The notes below the pieces were generated by a model that saw nothing but the letters and a program-made list of their open reading frames with translations, searched no databases and was not told the origin of the DNA. Made by a program: the position numbers and the translations under genes. From Candidatus Fermentibacterota bacterium (GTDB taxonomy: Bacteria > Fermentibacterota > Fermentibacteria > Fermentibacterales > JCC-6): a stretch of 64,000 nucleotides of DNA. Positions 18,830-29,150 of the stretch are shown piece after piece (position 1 is the stretch's first letter; each line of letters opens with the position of its first letter). The stretch spans positions 701,832 through 765,831 of the forward strand of contig CAWJQI010000005.1 in NCBI GenBank assembly GCA_963845085.1, read 5' to 3'.

Positions 18830-19159
18830 TCAGTGCAGCCTCTCCTGCCAGGCGTTGCCCTCGCGGAAGCCTGCCTGGTACTCGTATTCAACGTAGAAGA
18901 TCTTCAGGTCCGCCTGGTACTCGTACTCGCAGAAGTACACGGACACGTCCCCCTGGTACTCGTACTCGCAGAAGTACCAAAGGGCATCCTCATCGCTGGC
19001 CTGGTACTCGTACTCGACAACGTAGACACACAGGTCGGCCTGGTACTCGTAGTCGGTGACGAACACGTTGAGGTCGGCCTGGTACTCGTAGTCGGTGACG
19101 AACACATTCCCGGCGTGCGCCAGGGCGGCCACCGCAAACAGCACGATGAACGTCTTCAT
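18830..19159 (-). CDS. Small secreted repeat protein (DUF6150-like)
   Basis: Signal peptide after GGAGG; six YEYQ(A/G)-containing repeats, mostly with a 13-aa period. Confidence 0.75.
   Translation of the reverse strand: MKTFIVLFAVAALAHAGNVFVTDYEYQADLNVFVTDYEYQADLCVYVVEYEYQASDEDALWYFCEYEYQGDVSVYFCEYEYQADLKIFYVEYEYQAGFREGNAWQERLH
18874..19105. repeat. Coding tandem repeat (39-bp period)
   Basis: cctggtactcgta at 18874, 18913, 18952, 19000, 19039, 19078; 35-bp perfect duplication 19032-19066 / 19071-19105. Confidence 0.85.
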
Positions 19160-19276
19160 GACACCTCCCTTCCACTCCAAATCATGCACCACTCCCCGAA
19201 TGGAGTAAAGCTTGAAACTCGCAGGGGACGGACTAAGGTAACTTAGGTATTTCGCGTGACAATTGAGGGAGGAACA

Positions 19277-22200
19277 TCATCCTGCGGATGCCTGCAGCGC
19301 ATTCCAGAGCCTCTCAAACAGCAGCCTAAGGTCTGGCGCATCACCCCCTGCCGCATTCAGCACCCTGACCCAGGCATCTCCCTTCGAAAGGGGCTCCTCC
19401 TCTGAAAGAAGGCTTTCGTCGCGCAGGAAGGTTTCAAGTTCATCGATCAGCAGGGTGCGGAAACCCGGAACCCCCCTGGCCCTGAGAGAACTCAACAGCC
19501 TCGCCGGATCGTGACCGACGCCCCCGGAGAGCGCCCACAACTCCTCGAACTTGCTGGACCGACCGGCTGGAGATCTTTCAAGACAGCTTCTGGTAAGGGG
19601 TTCCGGCCTTCCGATGGCGTGGGCGCCGAATACTTCGCCAGCGATGAGGGAAGCTCTCCCCAAGGCTTCTAACTCGCCCGGCGAAAGAACTGCAGCACCT
19701 GCTGCAAGGGCTTTTCCAACTGTGTCCAACCCGGCGGAAAGAAGCCTGTGAAGCGTCTCTTTGTCGTTCAGAATCCATGCGGGGCTGATCTCCCCGACAT
19801 TCATCCCGCTGTTGATGGCGGACGGTGCGACAAGACCTGCGAACTCATCGTAGGAAAGGCTTCCTGGAATCGGAACGGTTTTCATGAGGTCACGGTAGCG
19901 CGGCCACTCAGCCGGTTCTGCGCTGTCGATGCGGACAACCCGGACAGGTCCGCAGCCGGAACTGCTGAAAACCTCCCCGATCAGTGAGGCGTCAGGCTCC
20001 TGACAGGTGAGGTAGAAAAGCTGTCTTCCATCCTGAACCAGCTCGGCCAGGGAACGCGCCACTTCCCTGAACCTTGTCAGGTCGGAATTGGCAAGGACCT
20101 CGTCAAGAACCAGCGGAAGCCTGTCACCGGTCTCGACGAGTTCGGCGAAGGCTATCTTCAGCGCCAGCAGAAGCTGCATCCTTGTCCCGCGGGATAGTTG
20201 GCTCAGGGAAACCACTGTATCGGTTTGCATGTCATTTGCCGCAAACTCGCTGTCTTCGAGGCCGATCGGGCTGAGGGAGTACCTGCCGTTCGTGAAGCGC
20301 GTGAGAAGACCCGAGGCCCGTCCCACTACCGGAGGCTGGATCTCGACCTGGTACATTTTCTTCACCGTGTCGAGAAGCCTCTTCCGAATGCGGACCCTGC
20401 GGTTGCGAGAGTCCCTCTGCTCCCTCTTCCGTTCCGCCCTTTGAATGGCAGAGAGAAGTTCAGCCAACTCCACCGACTTCTCGAGTTCCCTCTCCATTTC
20501 CTCGGCCAGAGTAACCTTCTTTCTGATCCCATCGACCGACTCCGCAAGCGCTGCAGCGTTTCGGATCCCCTCCTCGATCTCGTCCATCGACTCCGTCACG
20601 TCACCGACGGAGGCCTCCAGATGACCCAGACGCAGGAGCACATCCCTGTAGTCCTGCAGCCTGTCATCCCTCTCCCTGAGCGAGACCATGTCGCCCACCT
20701 CCAGGCGGTTTCGGCGAAAGATCTCGTTGTACTCATTCTCGCTGCCGGACAATTCTTCAGTGACAGACTTCATCTCGCCGACATGCTCTTCAAGCGCCCT
20801 GGTTTCCGTGATAAGCACCTGCGCCCTTGCTTCAAGCGATTCGACAGAGTTTTCCGCAGCTTCAAGGGATCCGGGAGGGGAATAGCCGTACCCGGACAGC
20901 AGGGATCCCAGCCCTTCCAGGCACGCGTCAACGTCTGCCCGAGCCTTCCCTGCATGACCTTTCAATTCGTCCAGCTCATCGAGCCGCTTCATTCTATCCG
21001 CAAGGAGCTCAAGGCCCAGGGAGGAACTCACGCCGAGTTTCTCACGGATACGGAGTGCGTTCGTGATCGCGGGGCCCAGCTCCCGTTCCTGTTTTGCGAG
21101 CTTCCCGGACAGCTCATCATGAAGCAAGAAGTCGGCCCTTGCATCCTCAAGCCATGCGATGACTCTTAGAACATCGTGGACCGCCCAGGAATCCGGCTGC
21201 CTGAGGTGCAGCGCGGCGTACCGCCTTTGCAGCCCCGATGACATCATGGCCGGAATGATCAGAGACAGGGTAAGCACCACGGTCGCCAATACCGCCGGGA
21301 GATGGTTCCCTTCGGAAATGAGCAGCACGGCCAGCAGAAGCACCCCGGCGGGAATTATGTAGTCGCGGTGCTCCCTCCGGGCCAGCCAGCGGGCGAGAAT
21401 GCTTCTTCCCTGTTGAACCTGGTCACGCCCGACGGCACCGAGCCTGCCATCGATGTCTGCAATCCGGCTCCTGATCTCCCGTATCCCGTCTGCAACTCCT
21501 TCATGGGCGAGACCGGCCGACATCACTGCATCAAGGTCGAAAAGGCTTGATCCAACGGGCACTCCTTCAAGTTTTTTCGCAAGCCCTGCAAGCCTGTCCT
21601 CGATGTCATCACGCTTTCGGACGAGCGACCGGAGCGTTTCAAGATGCCTGCGGATCTCCCCCAATGCTTCGGGAACCGCTTCGAGCCCTGCAGCCGCAAG
21701 CCTCTTCTTGCCTGTCTCGATCAGCCCCGCAAGGTCTGCAGCTCTTCCACGAAGCCGCCCAAGGCTGTCACCAAGTCTCTGAGCGTTACCGAGGTCGGTT
21801 GGCTGAACAGACTCCATGCCTTTCATGGCGGCGAGTGTTCTTTCAAGCTTCCTTTTCTCCAATGCACCAGAAAGGTAAACCAGCCTTCTCTCGGCCCTGG
21901 ACGCCTCGGCCAGCTGCTCTCTGAACTCCGGAAGCCTGACGACCTGGCCGTGACGGCCCTCGATCTCCCTCACCTTGCGCTCGTACAGGCGGTGAAGGTT
22001 CTCAAGCTCGGACTCGACGGATCTGGCAAGCTCCTCGCGACCGTACAGAGCGTTTACCGAGACCTGGCCGGTGATGGCGTGCTTCACCCTCTCGGCGAAG
22101 GTTGCCGTTCCCTGGTCGAAAAGGTCATCAGCCGTGATCGTGAAGCAGTCCGCATGGCTTGCCGGAGGCAGTTTCAGTTGGGACTGGCCCGCAGCGTGGC

Positions 22201-22432
22201 TCTGGTTGATCTCGATGGGGATGTTGTCGAATGTGCGGGCTGAGACCACTCGCGGTGCCGACCTGTCTGCCGTGGATGGCCAGAGGAGCCATCGGACCGC
22301 CCTGGCGAACGTTGTCTTGCCGGCTCCGTTCGCGCCTACAATCACGTTCATCCCCCCGGAAAGCCCTTCAAGGATCGGGCCGCCCCGGGGAAAGCCCGGC
22401 ATGGAGACTATCCTAAGATCCCTGATCTTCAA
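19277..22432 (-). CDS. YhaN-like SMC/Rad50-type ATPase
   Basis: Walker A GANGAGKTT; long coiled coil; LSRGTRMQLLLALKIA signature; Walker B PLVLDE. Confidence 0.85.
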   Translation of the reverse strand: MKIRDLRIVSMPGFPRGGPILEGLSGGMNVIVGANGAGKTTFARAVRWLLWPSTADRSAPRVVSARTFDNIPIEINQSHAAGQSQLKLPPASHADCFTITADDLFDQGTATFAERVKHAITGQVSVNALYGREELARSVESELENLHRLYERKVREIEGRHGQVVRLPEFREQLAEASRAERRLVYLSGALEKRKLERTLAAMKGMESVQPTDLGNAQRLGDSLGRLRGRAADLAGLIETGKKRLAAAGLEAVPEALGEIRRHLETLRSLVRKRDDIEDRLAGLAKKLEGVPVGSSLFDLDAVMSAGLAHEGVADGIREIRSRIADIDGRLGAVGRDQVQQGRSILARWLARREHRDYIIPAGVLLLAVLLISEGNHLPAVLATVVLTLSLIIPAMMSSGLQRRYAALHLRQPDSWAVHDVLRVIAWLEDARADFLLHDELSGKLAKQERELGPAITNALRIREKLGVSSSLGLELLADRMKRLDELDELKGHAGKARADVDACLEGLGSLLSGYGYSPPGSLEAAENSVESLEARAQVLITETRALEEHVGEMKSVTEELSGSENEYNEIFRRNRLEVGDMVSLRERDDRLQDYRDVLLRLGHLEASVGDVTESMDEIEEGIRNAAALAESVDGIRKKVTLAEEMERELEKSVELAELLSAIQRAERKREQRDSRNRRVRIRKRLLDTVKKMYQVEIQPPVVGRASGLLTRFTNGRYSLSPIGLEDSEFAANDMQTDTVVSLSQLSRGTRMQLLLALKIAFAELVETGDRLPLVLDEVLANSDLTRFREVARSLAELVQDGRQLFYLTCQEPDASLIGEVFSSSGCGPVRVVRIDSAEPAEWPRYRDLMKTVPIPGSLSYDEFAGLVAPSAINSGMNVGEISPAWILNDKETLHRLLSAGLDTVGKALAAGAAVLSPGELEALGRASLIAGEVFGAHAIGRPEPLTRSCLERSPAGRSSKFEELWALSGGVGHDPARLLSSLRARGVPGFRTLLIDELETFLRDESLLSEEEPLSKGDAWVRVLNAAGGDAPDLRLLFERLWNALQASAG

Positions 22433-23498
22433 AGCCCTGCTCCTGTTCGAGCAACTCCTCGAGCAGCTCCACTCCCACCGAATACTCCTCGCTCTCCGTA
22501 TCCATCTGAATGATCTCGCGTGCGAGGAGTGAACTCATTCTCTTGCCCCGCGAAATCTCTGCGATATCCAGCCAGGGTCTGGTCAGGTCGATGACCTGAT
22601 GGATGAAGTACCCCGGATACGATGCGTTGTCCAGCGAGACGGCAGCTTTGCTGAAATCCCTGCTCCTGCGAGTCCTGCCCTTGAAAATCACCCTGAATCC
22701 GGTGAGAACAGGCCCGGCCTCGTTCCCCAGAACACGTTCCACGAGCGACGATATCCTCTCATCGGGTGTCATCAGGTCGGCTTCCGTGATCGTAACCAAC
22801 CTCCACTCAAGCACGGCGAGCGGGATCCTTTTCGTTGTCATACCGTGTGTATCGAGGATCACGACACTTCTCGGCCCGGTTTCGACGCAGTTCAGCCCCA
22901 CGGGAGTACCCGGGTAGAAAGCCCGTCCTGACTCCATGGGGGCATGCACGTGCCCAAGCACCCATTTACCGACAGGTCTGCCTTCAAGCTCCATGAAGGT
23001 GACCGGGGCGTAGGGGCTGTCACCTCCGGAAAGATCGCAGTGCAGCATCCCGATGCAGTTCCCGGAAACATCGGCAGGGAAGCCCCTCATGGGCGATTCA
23101 CGGTGATGTCTGCCGGGAAACGACCAGCCGATAACTGTCACCTCTCCCAGCCTGCGGCTTTCCCATTCGCCCATGAGACCAAGCGGCACAACCCCCGGAA
23201 AGCCCATGGTAGCTTCCGCGAGCAGGTTCCAGTCATGGTTGCCGGCCGTGAGGATCACCGGAACACCGGCTTCCTGAAGCCTTCTGAGGCCGTGACGGAA
23301 GATCGCCATACCCTCGGCATAGCTTTTTTCCGAATCGATGGCATCGCCCGCGATGAGAACAGCGTCGAACCGTTCGTCGATCGCCATGTCGCAGATAAGT
23401 CTCCAGGCTCGAGTGGGGCCGTGATCATCCTGCAACAGCCCCTCAGGAAGGGGGATGCTTCTGCCAAGATGCAGGTCCGCCGTGCAAAGCAGTTTCAT
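22413..23498 (-). CDS. YhaO/SbcD-like metallophosphoesterase DNA repair nuclease
   Basis: ADLHLG, IAGD, GNHD, LGHVH motifs. Confidence 0.88.
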   Translation of the reverse strand: MKLLCTADLHLGRSIPLPEGLLQDDHGPTRAWRLICDMAIDERFDAVLIAGDAIDSEKSYAEGMAIFRHGLRRLQEAGVPVILTAGNHDWNLLAEATMGFPGVVPLGLMGEWESRRLGEVTVIGWSFPGRHHRESPMRGFPADVSGNCIGMLHCDLSGGDSPYAPVTFMELEGRPVGKWVLGHVHAPMESGRAFYPGTPVGLNCVETGPRSVVILDTHGMTTKRIPLAVLEWRLVTITEADLMTPDERISSLVERVLGNEAGPVLTGFRVIFKGRTRRSRDFSKAAVSLDNASYPGYFIHQVIDLTRPWLDIAEISRGKRMSSLLAREIIQMDTESEEYSVGVELLEELLEQEQGFEDQGS

Positions 23499-23550
23499 GC
23501 AGCCCTCCTCGCGATGATTCGAGCATGAATAAGCCGGCGGGCCGTCCCGG

Positions 23551-24417
23551 TCAATGACGCCCGGCTGTGCCGCCTGCGGCGAGCAGAGTCCCGGTCAGCA
23601 TGAGAAGGCATCCCAGGAGCTCTGCCACCGAAAGACCCTCTCCGAGTATCAACCATCCCCCGATGGCTGCAAATACAGCCTCGAGAGCCATGATCGCCCC
23701 GGCTTTCGAAGCGCGAACCCGTTTCTGAGCGAACACCTGCAGGGTGAATGCGAGCCCGACCGAGAGAAACCCGCTGTAGGCAAGGGGGATCACAGCGCTC
23801 CGTGCGCCAAGGAATGACTCGCCTGCGACTGCGGCAGCAGCAACGCTCAACAGGCCGCACACGGCGAACTGGCACAGTGCCAGCCCGCCCGGGTGGTGCC
23901 TCGTGGCGAGCCTGCCGATCAGCCTGACATGAAACGCCCATGCCAGCGCACCAAGAAGCACGAGGACATCTCCCGGGTTCGCCTCTTCGAATCCGTTCCT
24001 GAAGCTCAGGAGGTACAGGCCGAAAAGCGCCATGGCGAACCCCGCCCAGGCCGCGGCGGGCTCACGCTCTCCCGAAACCGCCCCGAAAAGGGGGACGAAA
24101 ACGATGTACAGGCCGGTTATGAAGCCGGCCCGCGAGGCGGTGGTGTGCACCATTCCCCATTGCTGGAGCGATGCACCCGCAAAAAGAACCGCTCCCGCCG
24201 CCACAGCGGGAAGGAGAACGCCACGCTTAACCCTTGCTGCAAAAAACGGAATGAGGACGAGCGTACCCAGCAGAAACCTGACTCCGTTGAAGGCGAGGGG
24301 ACCCATGTGTTCCATGCCGGCCCTCTGTGCAGTGAAAGCCATTCCCCATACGGCTGCAGTCAGCACGAGCAGCAGATACGCGGTCAGTGAATTCTTGGCG
24401 CTTTCGGCATTCTCCAC
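23551..24417 (-). CDS. EamA/DMT family transporter
   Basis: WG.AF.AQ, AGFITGLY, GD.L.L, E.VFA motifs; about 10 TM segments. Confidence 0.88.
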   Translation of the reverse strand: MENAESAKNSLTAYLLLVLTAAVWGMAFTAQRAGMEHMGPLAFNGVRFLLGTLVLIPFFAARVKRGVLLPAVAAGAVLFAGASLQQWGMVHTTASRAGFITGLYIVFVPLFGAVSGEREPAAAWAGFAMALFGLYLLSFRNGFEEANPGDVLVLLGALAWAFHVRLIGRLATRHHPGGLALCQFAVCGLLSVAAAAVAGESFLGARSAVIPLAYSGFLSVGLAFTLQVFAQKRVRASKAGAIMALEAVFAAIGGWLILGEGLSVAELLGCLLMLTGTLLAAGGTAGRH

Positions 24418-24526
24418 GGGTCAATCCCTCCACGGTCCGGCCGGTGTGAACATATTCCCGACGGTACAACGTGCCGGGCATCCATCCCCGGATGTCTCGG
24501 AACAGGAAGCAACCGGAGGCAGGACA

Positions 24527-27211
24527 ATGAACATTCACGGGCTCGACAGCATACTGAAACCCACGAGGATAGCCATAACCGGCGTGACAATCAACCCCAA
24601 CAGCGTCGGGGGAAGAGTGCTCCGGAACCTTGTGGGCGGTGCTTTCCGGGGAGTTGTCTACCCGGTCAATCCCGGCAGTGAGGCTGTGATGGGCGTTCCC
24701 TGCTACCCCTCCATCCTCTCGCTTCCCAGAACCCCCGACCTTGTGACGGTCTGCTCCCCCGCCAGCGATGTCGAGGGAATCCTGGCGGAATGTGCCGAAG
24801 CCGGGGTCAAGGGTGTCATCATCATGTCGGCCGGTTTCGGAGAGGCGGGCCCCGAGGGTGTGGCCATGCAGAAAAAGCTCTCCGCCATCAGGATGCGCAA
24901 TCCCGGCATGAGGGTGCTGGGACCCAACTGCCTCGGTGTGATAGTGCCCGCCATGAATCTGAACGCCAGCTTCGCCCCCGCCATGCCCGACAAGGGCAGT
25001 ATTGCATTCATAAGCCAGTCCGGAGCGCTCTGCACCTCGGTGCTGGACTGGGCAAGACAGGAGAGGATCGGGTTCTCGGCATTCGTATCGGTGGGAAACG
25101 CACTGGACGTTGATTTTGCTGATCTGATCGATTATTTCGGCGAGGATGAAACCACCGACTCAATTATCCTCTACGTTGAATCGGTGACAGGGGCAAGGCG
25201 CTTCATGACCGCTGCCCGGGCATTCGCAAGGGGCAAACCGATCATTGTCTACAAGGCCGGCAGGTTCCCGAGATCCGCCGCAGTGGCGGCCTCGCATACC
25301 GGGGCTATGGTCTCCGAGGACTCCGTTTACGATGCAGCCTTCGAGAGGGCAGGCATGGTGAGGGTTCTCAATGTGGGGGGCATTTTCGGGTGCGCTGAAC
25401 TGGTCGGCCGAAAAAGGGTGCCAAAAGGCCCCAGGCTCGGCATAGTGTCCAACGCGGGCGGTCCAGGGGTTATGGCGGTGGATGCACTCATGGCAGGCAA
25501 CGGAGTGCTCGCCGAGCTTTCCCCGGAAAGCGTGGCGGCCCTGTCCGAGTGCCTTCCAGGCTTCTGGTCGGGGGGGAACCCGGTCGACATTCTCGGCGAT
25601 GCCGGCACAAAAAGATACGAGAAGGCTTCGAGCATCGTTCTCGCCGACAAGGGTGTGGACGCACTTCTTGTCATCCTCACCCCTCAGGCCATGACAAAGC
25701 CCGACGGAGTGGCCCGCTGTGTGACCAAGATCGCCGAAACAACGAAAAAGCCCATCCTGACTGCATGGATGGGAGGCGAAACCGTTCGCGAGGGCACCAG
25801 AATCCTGGCCGAAGGCGGCATACCGGTCTACGACACTCCCGAACAGGCGGTGGAAGCCTTCATGACACTGGTGAGTTATTCCCGCAACCTTGAGTCGCTT
25901 CATCAGACACCGAGGGACATCCGCCTGGAGCTTGACGAGGCGAGAAAACGAGCCGCCGGCTTCATCGAATCCGCCTGCTCGAAGGGCCGAACCCTGCTTT
26001 CCGAGAAGGATTCGAAGCGTCTTCTTGACTTCTACGGAATACGCAGCACGCTGCCCATGCCGGCGCCGACCGCCGATGCAGCGGTGGAGACGGCGGAGAG
26101 AATCGGATTCCCGGTCGTGTTGAAGCTTGATTCCCCCGACATCACCCACAAGACCGACGCCGGAGGTGTCGAATTAAACCTGAAGGACCCTGTGCAGGTG
26201 AGGCTCGCCTTCGAGCGCATCGTTTCGAATGCCTCCAGGTGGAAGCCCGATGCGCTCATACGTGGAGTCACGGTCCAGAAGATGGCATCAGTATCATCCG
26301 GGGTTGAATTGATAGCGGGGTTCAAGCGGGATCCGGTTTTCGGTTCCGTCATCATGCTGGGAGCCGGCGGCGTCAACGCAGAGATACTGGGCGACAGCGC
26401 CCTGGGTTTCCCGCCCCTCAATCAGACCCTTGTTATGAGAATGCTTGAAAAGCTTCGAATAATGCCGCTGCTCAGGGGATACAGGGGAAAGCCCGGTGTG
26501 GACATGGAAGCCCTGGTGACAACGGTCATGAGGCTTTCCTACCTGGCCAGCGACAACCCGGCGATCTCGGAGGTCGACATCAATCCTCTTCTCGTGACAG
26601 CCGGCGGGGCGGTTGCACTCGACGCCAGGGCACTTCTCGATCCCGATGCTGTTCCGGAAAAACCCTACGGCCACCTGGCACTCAGGCCATACCCTGAGGA
26701 ATTCGTTGAAAAGGCAAGGCTGAAGGACGGCACTGAGGTCCTGCTCAGGCCGATAAGACCCGAGGACGAGCCGATGTGGATGGAGCTGCTTGGCAGCTGT
26801 TCAAGGGAATCGATCTATTCAAGGTTCAGGTTCTTCTACAACTGGGCCACGCACGAGGCGGCTGTCAGGCACTGTTACATCGACTACGACAGGGAGCTGG
26901 CCATTGTGGCCGAGCTCGAACAGGAAGGTGTGAGGAAGCTCCTCGGCGTTGCAAGGCTGGTTGCCGATCCGGGTCTCGAGGCGGCCGAGTACGCGGTTCT
27001 GGTGGGCGATCCCTGGCAGAACAGGGGACTCGGGGGCATCCTTACCGATTTCTGTGAGAGGATAGCGCGGGATTGGGGCGCAAAAAGGATAGAAGCCCAG
27101 ACAACTTCCTCCAACAACAGGATGGTGAACCTCTTCGTGAACAGGGCCTGGTGTCAGGAGCCCGGCGAGGAGGGGCTTGTCGAAGTTTGGAAGGATATGC
27201 GCAGGCCCTGA
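24527..27211 (+). CDS. Acetate-CoA ligase (ADP-forming) family / GNAT fusion (Pat-type protein lysine acetyltransferase)
   Basis: GPNCLG, SQSGA, SHTGA, HKTDAGGV, DINPL; C-terminal GNAT (WQNRGLG); start ATG 24527 after GGAGG. Confidence 0.9.
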   Translation: MNIHGLDSILKPTRIAITGVTINPNSVGGRVLRNLVGGAFRGVVYPVNPGSEAVMGVPCYPSILSLPRTPDLVTVCSPASDVEGILAECAEAGVKGVIIMSAGFGEAGPEGVAMQKKLSAIRMRNPGMRVLGPNCLGVIVPAMNLNASFAPAMPDKGSIAFISQSGALCTSVLDWARQERIGFSAFVSVGNALDVDFADLIDYFGEDETTDSIILYVESVTGARRFMTAARAFARGKPIIVYKAGRFPRSAAVAASHTGAMVSEDSVYDAAFERAGMVRVLNVGGIFGCAELVGRKRVPKGPRLGIVSNAGGPGVMAVDALMAGNGVLAELSPESVAALSECLPGFWSGGNPVDILGDAGTKRYEKASSIVLADKGVDALLVILTPQAMTKPDGVARCVTKIAETTKKPILTAWMGGETVREGTRILAEGGIPVYDTPEQAVEAFMTLVSYSRNLESLHQTPRDIRLELDEARKRAAGFIESACSKGRTLLSEKDSKRLLDFYGIRSTLPMPAPTADAAVETAERIGFPVVLKLDSPDITHKTDAGGVELNLKDPVQVRLAFERIVSNASRWKPDALIRGVTVQKMASVSSGVELIAGFKRDPVFGSVIMLGAGGVNAEILGDSALGFPPLNQTLVMRMLEKLRIMPLLRGYRGKPGVDMEALVTTVMRLSYLASDNPAISEVDINPLLVTAGGAVALDARALLDPDAVPEKPYGHLALRPYPEEFVEKARLKDGTEVLLRPIRPEDEPMWMELLGSCSRESIYSRFRFFYNWATHEAAVRHCYIDYDRELAIVAELEQEGVRKLLGVARLVADPGLEAAEYAVLVGDPWQNRGLGGILTDFCERIARDWGAKRIEAQTTSSNNRMVNLFVNRAWCQEPGEEGLVEVWKDMRRP

Positions 27212-27265
27212 ATCAGGACCTTTTTCCGAATGGGCGCCGTCAGGCAAAGGGGTTCTGTTACCGTG

Positions 27266-27745
27266 TCAGCCGCCGCATCTGTCGGCCTGGCCGGCCAGAA
27301 CTTCCAGTGCATGCGGCAGGATCGGAAGCAGAAAGCCCACGCACTCCCTGACCGCTTTTACACTGCCCGGAAGATTGACAACCAGCGAACGGCCCCTGAG
27401 CCCGGCAGCCCCCCGGCCAAGCCATGCGGACTGCACATTCATGGCAGAGCGACTTCTCAGCATCTCCGGTATGCCGGGCACCAACCTGTCACACACGGAC
27501 AGGGTTGCCTCCGGAGTGAAATCCCTCGGTGAAAAGCCTGTACCGCCGGTGGTAAGGACAAGCATGGCGGCGGGGCACAACCGGAGAAGCGCATTCGAGA
27601 CGGGCTCAACGCCGTCGGGAACCACCATGAGCTCGACAAGACGGTAGCCGGCGGCGGACATGAGGCGGACGATCTCGGGCCCGCTTCCGTCCTCCCTCTT
27701 GCCGGCGTCGCAGGAATCACTAACCGTGACAACGGAGAATGTCAT
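27266..27745 (-). CDS. mog: MogA/MoaB molybdopterin adenylyltransferase
   Basis: TVSD, TTGGTGFSPRDFTPEAT, NLPGS. Confidence 0.88.
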   Translation of the reverse strand: MTFSVVTVSDSCDAGKREDGSGPEIVRLMSAAGYRLVELMVVPDGVEPVSNALLRLCPAAMLVLTTGGTGFSPRDFTPEATLSVCDRLVPGIPEMLRSRSAMNVQSAWLGRGAAGLRGRSLVVNLPGSVKAVRECVGFLLPILPHALEVLAGQADRCGG

Positions 27746-28221
27746 TACTCCCGGCATTTCCAGTCCCCGCTCTTTCCGCCTGTCTTGGAAATCAGGCGAA
27801 CTTCCCTGATGATCATGCCTTTGTCCGCAGCCTTCAGCATGTCGTACACCGTGAGCAACGCGACTGACACCCCGGTAAGGGCTTCCATCTCGTATCCCGT
27901 CCTGCCCTCGCCCCTGACCGCGCAGGTGCAGGTCAGGGTCCGATCCACGAGCGCGAAGGAAACGTCAACCTTTTCAAGCGGAAGCGGGTGACAAAGGGGG
28001 ATGAGCTCCCACGTGCGTTTGGCGGCCTGTATCCCTGCAATCGCCGCCGTTGTTTCAACCGGGCCCTTGCCGGATGATCCCATTGCTTCGAGCCCCTTTT
28101 CACCCAATTCAATGGAACCCCGCGCAACAGCGGTTCTGAACGTCGCGCACTTCCCGGATACATCCACCATCCTCGGTCTTCCCCCGCTGTCGAAGTGAAG
28201 GTTGTCGGTCTGCATGATCAT
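27745..28221 (-). CDS. moaC: Cyclic pyranopterin monophosphate synthase
   Basis: MVDVSGK, LIPLCHPL, EMEALT, YDMLKA, KTGGKSG. Confidence 0.95.
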   Translation of the reverse strand: MIMQTDNLHFDSGGRPRMVDVSGKCATFRTAVARGSIELGEKGLEAMGSSGKGPVETTAAIAGIQAAKRTWELIPLCHPLPLEKVDVSFALVDRTLTCTCAVRGEGRTGYEMEALTGVSVALLTVYDMLKAADKGMIIREVRLISKTGGKSGDWKCRE

Positions 28222-29150
28222 CCTCCGATGCGCCACATTGGCAGGGAGTGACAGCTCCCCTGCCCGGGTTTTTTCACCGATGCCTCGAGTATCATCCCGC
28301 GAAGCTCCTCTTCCGAGGCGCCGCCGAGAAGCGCGGGCTTCAGGTCCACCGAACCCACTCCGGTGAGACAGGGCATGAAGACGCCGTCAGCGGTAAGCCG
28401 AACCCGTCCGCATGTAGGGCAGAGATGCCCCGAAACCGGAGCGATTATGCCAAAACGCAGCCCGTCAGCCCTGACCCATGTTTCTTCGGTGTCATGCCTT
28501 CCCTCGGGTTTTCCGCCCCCCGCGAGCGCAGCGATCTCGTCACGAAGAACTGTCTCCCGGTACCCGTCCCTGGAATGGGGCATGTGCTCGATGAACCTCA
28601 CATGAACGCCCATTCCCTCGCCCCACTCGACGATCCGGCCAAGCTCGCCGTCGTTTACTCCCCTGAGGACCACGCAGTTGACCTTCACGGGGTTCAGCCC
28701 CGCCGAAAAAGCACACCTGATGCCGTTCTCCACGACACCGACCGTGACATCCCGGCGGGTGATGCGGCTCAGAACTGAATCGTCGAGGCTGTCGAGGCTG
28801 ACGTTGACCCTGGACAGGCCGGCTTTCGCGAGCTCCGCGGCGAATTCGCAGAGAAGAAGGCCGTTCGTTGTCATGGCCATGTCCGGCACTCTCGGAAGCA
28901 TTGCAACAAGGCTCGTTATACCCCGCCTCACAAGGGGTTCGCCACCCGTGATCCGGATCCTGGAGAGATCAAGGGCCCTGTCGACAACACCTGTCAGGAA
29001 GGCAAGCTGCTCGAGCGACAGCAGGTCCTGGTGGGCGATCTCGGGCACCCCCGAGGGAGGCATGCAGTAGAAGCACCTGAGGTTGCACCTGTCAGTCACG
29101 GAAAGCCTCAGGTGACGGGGTGTTCCGCGAGGATCACAACCCGTTGACAT
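28218..29150 (-). CDS. moaA: GTP 3',8-cyclase
   Basis: LRLSVTDRCNLRCFYCMP, TGGEP, CxxC..R.TADG..PCL, C-terminal IGG. Confidence 0.95.
   Translation of the reverse strand: MSTGCDPRGTPRHLRLSVTDRCNLRCFYCMPPSGVPEIAHQDLLSLEQLAFLTGVVDRALDLSRIRITGGEPLVRRGITSLVAMLPRVPDMAMTTNGLLLCEFAAELAKAGLSRVNVSLDSLDDSVLSRITRRDVTVGVVENGIRCAFSAGLNPVKVNCVVLRGVNDGELGRIVEWGEGMGVHVRFIEHMPHSRDGYRETVLRDEIAALAGGGKPEGRHDTEETWVRADGLRFGIIAPVSGHLCPTCGRVRLTADGVFMPCLTGVGSVDLKPALLGGASEEELRGMILEASVKKPGQGSCHSLPMWRIGG

Noticed and set aside
18874-19105. Regularly spaced repeats resembling a CRISPR array
   Set aside because: Periods are multiples of 3 (39/48 bp), the 'spacers' are similar to each other, they encode YEYQ repeats in a signal-peptide ORF, and no cas genes are present
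19233-19246. Palindrome CTAAG-GTAA-CTTAG, loosely similar to sequences near 268-284 and 2966-2982
   Set aside because: Similarity between the sites is too weak to support a shared operator
20198-21169. Long antisense ORFs (also 45274-46392, 47105-48250, 51287-52426, 25160-26149)
   Set aside because: They shadow well-supported genes on the opposite strand, as expected in GC-rich DNA, and show no motifs
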